Below are positions 7,543-14,716 of a stretch of 54,667 bases of DNA, piece after piece. Location of the stretch: positions 1-54,667 of the IMG/VR virus record IMGVR_UViG_3300008113_008855; one strand, written 5' to 3'. Origin of the DNA: a virus. Taxonomy: Duplodnaviria; Caudoviricetes. Every line of letters starts with the position of its first letter. Within the stretch, counting starts at the first letter, position 1. The notes beneath the pieces were generated by a model that saw only the letters and a list, made by a program, of their open reading frames with translations, ran no database searches and was not told the origin of the DNA. A program made the translations under genes and the position numbers.

Positions 7543-7966
7543 ATAGTTGCGCGGGAGGTAGCTTGAGCAAAACCATGCTCACTTAAAGATAGCATCTTTA
7601 TTTAAACTCGTAAGAGACAACAAGCCCGTAAAAAGACTACAGTGGTTGAGAGAAATCTCAGCGTTTGTTCGGGAGAAGCGGCGTCCTAAAAAGGCCACTG
7701 TATAAAACTGCTAGAAACTTATTCCTCTCAAATGGAAAAGGCGATGGCTGTGTCAAAAAATAAGTCACCCGCAAAACAACTATAGAAATAGCAAATCTCA
7801 GTTACTAGCTAAACGGACTATCTAAAGCCGGAGATGCGATGACTGATGTAGGTGAGATTTGGTTAAATAAACTGAAATATAAAAGTTTCAGTTGACCTGC
7901 TATTTCTTTAGCCAACTCAATGGAAAATTCAAAGGCGATGGCTGTTTCCGAAACACAAAGGAAACA
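7543..7966 (+). ncRNA. Large multi-domain structured RNA of unknown family (ncRNA or leader of the sigma-factor gene)
   Basis: ORF-free 460-bp gap with nested helices: 7543-7549/7777-7783, 7551-7555/7768-7772, 7638-7645/7695-7702, 7717-7723/7759-7765, 7784-7793/7898-7907, 7793-7800/7853-7860, 7870-7877/7886-7893, 7943-7949/7960-7966, plus GAAA/GTAA tetraloop hairpins; G-U pairs favour the plus strand. Confidence 0.7.
7737..7945 (+). repeat. Direct repeat AAAGGCGATGGCTGT x2
   Basis: Exact 15-mers at 7737-7751 and 7931-7945, each associated with an upstream CTCAA(A)TGGAAAA. Confidence 0.85.
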
Positions 7967-7968
7967 CC

Positions 7969-8574
7969 ATGGAAAAAGTAAAAATTCAACACTCGGAGCT
8001 TGACCTTATATCAAAGGTTAAACTGGACAACTGCAACGATAGTTTCGGTGAGCTTTCTAAGCTCTACGACAACTTTTATTACTCCATCGCCCAAAAATAT
8101 TCTTCGACCTTAGTAAAGGCTGGGATGAACAAGGACGATATCAAATATGAGAAAGACTTCATTCTTTATAAAGCAGTTAAGTCTTTCGATGCGAAGCAGA
8201 AAACGAAGTTTTCAACTTGGTTCTGTAACTGCGTTAAATATCATTTCTTGAACTATATTAACTCCAACAAGAAGTACATGCTTGCTGAAGAAAACAAAAT
8301 AGACTTCTTTAATAACAAGGATATTTTAGTTTCTGTAGATAAGAATAATGATACTTACTCTTACCTGTTATCTCTACTCTCTTCTTTTAAGGACGAAAGA
8401 ATCAGGCAGGTTTATGAATTGAGATATTTTTCAGGAGGAGAGAAGCTTGCCACTTGGAATTCTATAGCCAAAAAGCTTGGAGTTAGCACTCAGACAGCTA
8501 TAAACTTGCACGAAAAGACAAGATCTTTTTTAAAAAATAAAGTCCAGAGCAAAAATTCTTGTGATTTTGTTTGA
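7969..8574 (+). CDS. Phage-encoded sigma-70-family RNA polymerase sigma factor (regions 2 and 4 only)
   Basis: Region 2 LYKAVKSFDAKQKTKFSTWF; region 4 HTH YELRYF...TWNSIAKKLGVSTQTAINL. Confidence 0.85.
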   Translation: MEKVKIQHSELDLISKVKLDNCNDSFGELSKLYDNFYYSIAQKYSSTLVKAGMNKDDIKYEKDFILYKAVKSFDAKQKTKFSTWFCNCVKYHFLNYINSNKKYMLAEENKIDFFNNKDILVSVDKNNDTYSYLLSLLSSFKDERIRQVYELRYFSGGEKLATWNSIAKKLGVSTQTAINLHEKTRSFLKNKVQSKNSCDFV

Positions 8575-8598
8575 CAAATTTGTTTTTACGACCATACT
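8571..8598 (+). promoter_or_regulatory. Sigma70-like promoter TTGACA-N16-CATACT
   Basis: -10 ends 9 nt before ATG 8608. Confidence 0.7.
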
Positions 8599-8607
8599 CA
8601 GTGGGTA

Positions 8608-8913
8608 ATGAACGATAATAAAAACGAAAATAACTGGACTCGCCGAGAAGTCGGTGCCTTGTGGACTAAACTCAGCAAGGATAAGAGTCAGAAGTACATG
8701 ACTGGACATATCCAAACCTCGTTGGAAGGAAAGATCGACATCGTGATTTTCTCCAATAAGGAAAAGAAGACAGATAAGGCTCCTGATTTTAGGATCTATT
8801 TGTCTGAAAAGAAAAATGATTCTGTCGCCTCAAGCGCGAATGTGAAGAGTGGGGCTTCGCAGAGCCGACCAAAGCCTCAAGAAGAGTCTTTGGAAGATGA
8901 GGGTGTTCTCTAA
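8608..8913 (+). CDS. DUF736-like ssDNA-binding protein with acidic tail
   Basis: EVGALW...YMTG...KAPDFRIY pattern and C-terminal EESLEDEGVL. Confidence 0.65.
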   Translation: MNDNKNENNWTRREVGALWTKLSKDKSQKYMTGHIQTSLEGKIDIVIFSNKEKKTDKAPDFRIYLSEKKNDSVASSANVKSGASQSRPKPQEESLEDEGVL

Positions 8914-8944
8914 AAAGAACTAAAAAAGATAGAAAATCCTTTTC

Positions 8945-8974
8945 ACCTACCTATAACAATAGGTAGGTTTTTTT
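8945..8974 (+). terminator. Terminator-like hairpin abutting the next start codon
   Basis: ACCTACCTAT-AACA-ATAGGTAGGT then T run, ATG at 8975. Confidence 0.65.
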
Positions 8975-10057
8975 ATGAATTTTTCTGTTCAGCTTCCTCT
9001 CAATAATCTTAGCTTTGGGCAAGTTAGTTACAATTTGCTATATGAATTTTTTAAGATGGGCCTAGAGCCTTGCTTATTTAAAGCTTCTGATCATCAAATA
9101 GACTATTCTGCTTATGATTTTGAACCAGAGTTTATTAGCTGGATTAATAATATTCACAACAAGTCTTTTACTAATCATAATAGAAGCATTCCTATTATTA
9201 GACTTTGGCATATAAATGACTCTTGGAGAACTTATTCTGATAAGCAAGTCTTGTTAACTTTCCATGAAACAGATGAGCTAACTGAAGCTGAAGTAAATAT
9301 AGCAAAGCACAGCAAACTTTGTGTAAGCTCTAAATTTTCTAAAGAAGTTTTTAAGAAGCACGGACTAGACGCTGAAGTTGTTAAGCTTGGATTTGACTCA
9401 AAGCATTTTAAAAAGTTAGATAAGGTTTATTTTGATGACGATAGAATTACATTTAATCTTTGTGGAAAGTTTGAGAAAAGAAAGCACCACGCTAAAATAG
9501 TAAAAACGTGGATTAAGAAGTTCGGAAGAAATAAAAAGTATTCTCTTCAGTGCGCTCTGCACAATATGTTTTATCAAGATCCTAACGAGCTTAAGCTTAT
9601 TTACAGCGATCTCCTTGATAATAGACAAGTATTTAATGTTTCGTTTTTGAATTTTATGCCAAAGAATTCTGTATATAATGACTACTTGAATTCTGGAGAT
9701 ATTATTATTGGAATGTCTGGAGGAGAGGGATGGGGCTTGCCAGAGTTCCAATCAGTAGCAATAGGAAAGCATGCTGTTATTTTAAATGCTACCTCTTATA
9801 AGGAGTGGGCCAATTCTGAAAATTCTATTCTTGTTAATCCTAATAATAAAACTGAAGTTTATGATGGCAAATTCTTTTCTAAAGGAGCGCCATTCAACCA
9901 AGGATCAATTTTTGATTTTAGCGAAGACGAATTTATCCACGGGTGCGAGCAAGCAATATCTAGGGTAGAAAAAGACAGAACAAATCACGAAGGGCTAAAG
10001 CTTCAAGATGAGTTTAAATATTCAGACCTAGCAAAACAATTACTATCAATGATTTAA
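8975..10057 (+). CDS. Glycosyltransferase, GT-B fold (GT4-like)
   Basis: GKFEKRK and SGGEGWGLPEFQSVAIGK (E-G-x-G-L-P) motifs. Confidence 0.85.
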   Translation: MNFSVQLPLNNLSFGQVSYNLLYEFFKMGLEPCLFKASDHQIDYSAYDFEPEFISWINNIHNKSFTNHNRSIPIIRLWHINDSWRTYSDKQVLLTFHETDELTEAEVNIAKHSKLCVSSKFSKEVFKKHGLDAEVVKLGFDSKHFKKLDKVYFDDDRITFNLCGKFEKRKHHAKIVKTWIKKFGRNKKYSLQCALHNMFYQDPNELKLIYSDLLDNRQVFNVSFLNFMPKNSVYNDYLNSGDIIIGMSGGEGWGLPEFQSVAIGKHAVILNATSYKEWANSENSILVNPNNKTEVYDGKFFSKGAPFNQGSIFDFSEDEFIHGCEQAISRVEKDRTNHEGLKLQDEFKYSDLAKQLLSMI

Positions 10058-10058
10058 T

Positions 10059-10430
10059 ATGCCAATTTATCTTTTTAAAAATCCCAATAGTGGTAAAATT
10101 GTTTCTGTGTTTCAACTCATGAATGATGAGCATACTTATTCAGAAGGGAATATTAAGTATGAAAGAGTGTTTACTGTACCTAACGCAGCAATAGATTCTC
10201 AAATAGACCCTAATTCTTCCCAGCAGTTCGTTGAGAAGACTGGAAAAATGAAAGGCACACTTGGAGAAATTTGGGACTACTCTAAGGAAATGAGCGAAAA
10301 GAGATCCAAGGCCACGGGAACAGATCCAATTCGAGACAAGACCGAGGCGGCATACTCTAAGAAAAGAAGAGGCATGAAGTACAAGGAAAAGATAAGTGTT
10401 TCTGAAATGCCAAAGATTCAATTTGACTAA
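10059..10430 (+). CDS. FmdB-like small protein lacking zinc-ribbon cysteines
   Basis: MPIYLF.N..SG...VFQLM N-terminus resembles FmdB MPxY motif; no CxxC. Confidence 0.55.
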   Translation: MPIYLFKNPNSGKIVSVFQLMNDEHTYSEGNIKYERVFTVPNAAIDSQIDPNSSQQFVEKTGKMKGTLGEIWDYSKEMSEKRSKATGTDPIRDKTEAAYSKKRRGMKYKEKISVSEMPKIQFD

Positions 10431-10470
10431 CTCCAAAAAGCTGGATTATTGTGTAACTCATCTTACCTTT

Positions 10471-12444
10471 ATGACTAAAACTCTCTCTAAGGACTTCGTA
10501 AATAAATATAAAAACAAACAACCAAACTGGGGCTTCAATGGCTTAGGATATATCGTATACAAGAGAACATACGCTCGTCTTAAGGAAGATGGAAATACCG
10601 AAGAGTGGTTCGAAACGGTAGAGCGTTGCGTAAATGGCGCTCAGAAAATTGGAGCCGGTTATACAGAAGAGGAAGCCGAAAGAATTTATGATTATGTTTT
10701 TAATCTTAAATGCAACTTTGCTGGCAGAATGCTTTGGCAGCTTGGCACTTCTACAGTAGACCGCTTCGGAGCAAATTCTCTTCTCAATTGCTGGGCTGTT
10801 GCAATGAGAGAGCCTAATGCATTTTTGTTCTTGTTTGAGAACTTGATGCTTGGAGGAGGAGTTGGATACAGCATTCGTCGAGAAGACGTCCATGAGCTTC
10901 CAAAAATTAAGAAAGGTGTAACGATTATTCATGAAGGAGTTAAAGACGCTGACTACATTGTTCCTGATAAACGCGAAGGTTGGGTTAATCTACTTTCGAA
11001 GGTGTTGGACGCTTTTTACGTCACAGGTAAATCATTTTCGTATTCGACTATTCTCATCAGAGGATACGGTGAGCCAATCAAGGGCTTTGGCGGAAAAGCT
11101 TCTGGCCCACAAATCCTTATTGACGGAATCGATAAGATCACAAAACTCTTTCAGTCGAGAGAAGGTAAAAAACTTCGTTCAATTGACGTTCTTGATATCT
11201 GTAACATTATTGGTAGTGTTGTTGTTGCTGGCAACGTTAGAAGGTCTGCTGAGATAGCTCTTGGAGATCCTGACGATATCCTTTATCTCCGTGCTAAGAA
11301 CTGGGGGACCGGGAATGTTCCCAACTGGAGAGCAATGAGCAATAACACTATCTATGCTGATAGTTATGATCATGTTCTTGAAGAGATCTGGAAGAATGGG
11401 TACGAAATAAATCCAGATAGCGGCTATGCCAACGGAGAGCCTTATGGCTTCTTCAACTTGCCATTGTCTCAAAAGTTTGGCCGCATTAAGGATGGCCCGA
11501 TCTCAGACAACGCAATGTATCCAACAAGTGCTGATGATTGCGAAATGACAAACCCATGCGCCGAGATCAGCCTTTCAAATTACGAGTGCTGCAATCTGTG
11601 CGAACTTTATCTTAACAACATTGAAAGCAAAGAAGAGCTTATCGACTGCTCTCAATTGCTTTATAAGACTCAAAAGGCTATAGCCTCTCTTCCGTTCATC
11701 CATGAGCAAACTAATAAGATCGTCCACAAGAATATGCGTCTTGGCCTTGGTGTTACTGGCGTTTGTCAGTCTCTACATAAGCTTGCTTGGCTTGATGATT
11801 GTTATGTTGCTTTGCGCGCTTTTGATAGGTCTTGGAGCAAGCTTCGTGGATGGCCTGAAAGTATTAAGCTCACGACTATTAAGCCTTCTGGCACACTAAG
11901 CCTTCTTGGCGGCGCAACCCCCGGAGTTCACCCAGCGTTTAGCGAGTATTACATGCGCACAGTTCGCATGTCTAGTTCTGATGGTCTAGTTCAAATCTGC
12001 AAGGATATGGGCTACCACGTTGAGTTCCTTGTTAATTTTGATGGAACTGAAAACCGAGACACTGTAGTTGTTTATTTCCCATGCAAGACTCCTGAAGGAT
12101 CTATTCTTGCTAAGGATATGGATGTATTGAAGCAGCTTGATATGGTTAAGAAGCTTCAAACTGACTGGTCTGATAATGCAGTTTCTGTTACTGCTTACTA
12201 TAAGCCTGAAGAGCTTGATTCTTTAAAGACTTGGCTAAAGGACAACTATGAGCATAATGTTAAGAGCGTTAGCTTCTTGTTGTTTAAGAATCACGGCTTC
12301 AAGCAAGCTCCATATCAAGAGATCGACGAAGAGACCTATTCTAGCGCAATAGCTAAAGTTAAGAATCTCTCTGCAATGTCCATTAACAGTTCAGAAATGC
12401 TAGACATGGCGGAGTGCTCTACGGGGGCTTGCCCAATTCGCTAA
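10471..12444 (+). CDS. nrdJ: Adenosylcobalamin-dependent (class II, monomeric RTPR-type) ribonucleotide reductase
   Basis: GRMLW, SLLNC, GGGVG, VVAGNVRRSAEI, TNPCAEI, CNLCE, TIKPSGT, C-terminal ECSTGACPIR; no nrdB in window. ATG 10471 is the likely start. Confidence 0.93.
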   Translation: MTKTLSKDFVNKYKNKQPNWGFNGLGYIVYKRTYARLKEDGNTEEWFETVERCVNGAQKIGAGYTEEEAERIYDYVFNLKCNFAGRMLWQLGTSTVDRFGANSLLNCWAVAMREPNAFLFLFENLMLGGGVGYSIRREDVHELPKIKKGVTIIHEGVKDADYIVPDKREGWVNLLSKVLDAFYVTGKSFSYSTILIRGYGEPIKGFGGKASGPQILIDGIDKITKLFQSREGKKLRSIDVLDICNIIGSVVVAGNVRRSAEIALGDPDDILYLRAKNWGTGNVPNWRAMSNNTIYADSYDHVLEEIWKNGYEINPDSGYANGEPYGFFNLPLSQKFGRIKDGPISDNAMYPTSADDCEMTNPCAEISLSNYECCNLCELYLNNIESKEELIDCSQLLYKTQKAIASLPFIHEQTNKIVHKNMRLGLGVTGVCQSLHKLAWLDDCYVALRAFDRSWSKLRGWPESIKLTTIKPSGTLSLLGGATPGVHPAFSEYYMRTVRMSSSDGLVQICKDMGYHVEFLVNFDGTENRDTVVVYFPCKTPEGSILAKDMDVLKQLDMVKKLQTDWSDNAVSVTAYYKPEELDSLKTWLKDNYEHNVKSVSFLLFKNHGFKQAPYQEIDEETYSSAIAKVKNLSAMSINSSEMLDMAECSTGACPIR

Positions 12445-12463
12445 TCACATAAATATTTACAAA

Positions 12464-12507
12464 ATTAGGGTCTAATTTTATGGAAATTTCCATAGTTAGG
12501 CCCTAAT
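12464..12507. repeat. Imperfect long inverted repeat / hairpin after nrdJ
   Basis: ATTAGGGTCTAAT..TATGGAAA / TTTCCATA GTTAGGCCCTAAT; mismatches are G-U compatible on the plus strand. Confidence 0.6.
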
Positions 12508-12520
12508 ACATTTTAAACAT

Positions 12521-13306
12521 ATGAAATTTTACATCCGTGGCGGAATTGGTGATTTTTTGCAGTCTCTTTGGTTCGCTAGAAACTACTCTCATAAAGAGTA
12601 TGTAGTTCACACTCACTTTAAAAAAGCCAAAGAGTTCTATGATCATTTTGGAATTAAGAATACCTTTTTCTATCCATTCGATGATTTGAAAAGCCACGAT
12701 GCTCAAGTAGATAATATTGTTAAAGAGCAAGGCGAAAATTCGACCAAGAATATCCAAGAAACTCCAAGGGCTTTTTATTCTGGATTTGAATTTGGAGAAG
12801 AGGCAGATAAGGCTTCAGAAGCTTTAGTTAATTCATTTAAGGAAAAGAAGAATATAATTGGAATTCACCCATTCCGAAGCGGCTTTGCTCTTTCTGTTTA
12901 CGCAAGCTTTGATCTTCCAGCCAGAATTATTCCGATCTCCATAACAAAAGAGATAATTAATAATGACAACAATTATCTAATTTTTGGCTCGAAAGAAGAG
13001 CTTGCCAATTACGGACTACAAGAGTCTGATAATGTAAAGTTTGTTTCTTTTGATAATATTCTCCACAGCTTGAATACAGTTAAGCATTGTAGCAAGTTGA
13101 TTGGCGTAGATAGTTGCTTTAAGACAATGTCATCTATGCAAAAGATTTCTACCATTTGTTTGATTGGAGATTTCCCAGATCAGACAAGAGACGCTTTCTT
13201 TGTTGATCAATATGTTAACGATGGTTACATGAAGGTTATGAAGGTGAAGGATATTGTGGCTGAACACGATCAAGTCGTGTCTTTTATTAAAGAAAACTTA
13301 GCTTAA
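12521..13306 (+). CDS. GT9-like (heptosyltransferase-type) glycosyltransferase
   Basis: RGGIGDFL, IGIHPF and LIGVDSCF motifs. Confidence 0.65.
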   Translation: MKFYIRGGIGDFLQSLWFARNYSHKEYVVHTHFKKAKEFYDHFGIKNTFFYPFDDLKSHDAQVDNIVKEQGENSTKNIQETPRAFYSGFEFGEEADKASEALVNSFKEKKNIIGIHPFRSGFALSVYASFDLPARIIPISITKEIINNDNNYLIFGSKEELANYGLQESDNVKFVSFDNILHSLNTVKHCSKLIGVDSCFKTMSSMQKISTICLIGDFPDQTRDAFFVDQYVNDGYMKVMKVKDIVAEHDQVVSFIKENLA

Positions 13307-13983
13307 TGAAAACATTCTACGCTCATATAGATCTTGGAGATCTTATCTATTCATTATATTTTGCCAAGAGACTTGGCGTAGAAAACTACTTAATAGATTC
13401 TAAAAGAGGCATTTGCAAATTTAATGAAGCTAGTAAAAACTTCATAACGCCCCTAATAAAAAATCAAAGCTATATAAAGTCTGTAGAAGATTTTAATTAT
13501 CAGCCTTATGATTTTGATTACGGATCTCATCCAAAAAACTTAGAAGTAAAAATTGGTGACAATCTGACAGAGTACCACTCTTCAAAATTTGATATTGACT
13601 GGAAAACCGTGCAAGAGCCTTGGCTTCAAGCGAATCCTATTGATTTCGGAAAAAAGATCATCATAAATAGAACTCCTAGATATCAAAAAAATTATTACTT
13701 TTATCATGATTTTTTAAGACATGTTAACTTGAATGATTGTTTATTTGTTGGGCTTGAGGAAGAATGGAAAGAATTTTGTTATCTATTTAAGAAACCAATG
13801 GATTATTATAGCAGCACATCTTCCGCAGATCTTGCTTCTGTAATTAATGGGTGCGAAACTTTTCTTGGAAATCAATCTTTAGCTCTATCTATCGCCACGG
13901 GACTTGGTAAGCACTGCATTGTTGAAACTGGAGAATATTGTGCTAATTATATTTTTAATAGCAAGAGAATGATTTATTTTTAA
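13306..13983 (+). CDS. GT9-like glycosyltransferase
   Basis: DLGDLIYSL and FLGNQSLALSIATGLG motifs. Confidence 0.6.
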   Translation: MKTFYAHIDLGDLIYSLYFAKRLGVENYLIDSKRGICKFNEASKNFITPLIKNQSYIKSVEDFNYQPYDFDYGSHPKNLEVKIGDNLTEYHSSKFDIDWKTVQEPWLQANPIDFGKKIIINRTPRYQKNYYFYHDFLRHVNLNDCLFVGLEEEWKEFCYLFKKPMDYYSSTSSADLASVINGCETFLGNQSLALSIATGLGKHCIVETGEYCANYIFNSKRMIYF

Positions 13984-14715
13984 ATGAAAATTGCGATCCT
14001 GAACATCTACACAAAGAACATAAAAGAGCTTGCTGTAATTACAGTAGAGTACAACAAGAGAAAGTATTGTGAAAAGCATAACTATGATTTAATTGTTCAA
14101 ACTGATAATTTTTCAATTCCACATCTTGGTTTTGAAAAGCTGGCAATGATCAAGCGCACACTTGAGACAGGAAAGTATGACTGGGTATACTGGTGCGGCT
14201 CGGACACAATGATAACAAACTACGATATCAAGATTGAAGATTTAATTGATAATAACTATTGCTTTATTCTTGCTTGTGATGTTTGGGATTGGAATGTTGA
14301 TTCTATGCTTTTTAAGAACGATAAAAGAAGCATAGATTTCTTAGAAAAAATAATCTCTAAGCACGATCAATATGTTGACGAAAATGGAAATGCCAGAAGC
14401 AATAATATAAAGCTAAAAGATGGCTGCACTATAGCTTGGGGAGAGCAGGCTGCAATCATTGAAGAATGCAAAGGCAAATTCTTTAGTCCAGAAATCAAAG
14501 AAGAGTACAAAGACTTTGTCAAAGAAGTCCCTCAGAAAACTATGAACTCTTATCTTTACGACTTGTATCCAACTCCATTCCATGCTAAAAAAATGGACTA
14601 TCAAGAAAGAAGAGGAGAGTGGTCTGATGGAGACTTTATAATGCACTGGCCCGGAACTAGAAATGAAATTCGCATTCGATTGGCTCTAAACTCAATTCAA
14701 CTCGTCAAAGAATAA
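13984..14715 (+). CDS. GT34 (GMA12/MNN10-like) glycosyltransferase
   Basis: NKRKYCEKHNYD, WVYWCGSDTMITN, EQAAI, GDFIMHWPG. Confidence 0.75.
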   Translation: MKIAILNIYTKNIKELAVITVEYNKRKYCEKHNYDLIVQTDNFSIPHLGFEKLAMIKRTLETGKYDWVYWCGSDTMITNYDIKIEDLIDNNYCFILACDVWDWNVDSMLFKNDKRSIDFLEKIISKHDQYVDENGNARSNNIKLKDGCTIAWGEQAAIIEECKGKFFSPEIKEEYKDFVKEVPQKTMNSYLYDLYPTPFHAKKMDYQERRGEWSDGDFIMHWPGTRNEIRIRLALNSIQLVKE

Positions 14716-14716
14716 C

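Noticed and set aside
7690-7900. Cobalamin riboswitch (GCCACTG, CCCGCAA, AGCCGGAGA, GACCTGC fragments; nrdJ nearby)
   Set aside because: Fragments are in the wrong order and spacing and are used in other helices; the AGGGAA/B12-box architecture is absent. A cmscan would settle it.
7543-7966. Group II intron (TTGCG-like 5' end, large first domain, ORF downstream)
   Set aside because: No domain V (AGC/CGC triad hairpin) or domain VI found before or after the ORF; the ORF is a sigma factor, not an RT/maturase; no interrupted gene.
7543-7966. RNase P RNA, tmRNA or tRNA cluster
   Set aside because: No GAGGAAAGUCC or ACAGAA..CGGC conserved regions, no tRNA-like ends or TTCGA T-loops.
10396-10470. 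N-terminal extension of NrdJ from the GTG at 10396
   Set aside because: Overlaps the previous gene and covers the intergenic motif; ATG 10471 gives a normal N-terminus.
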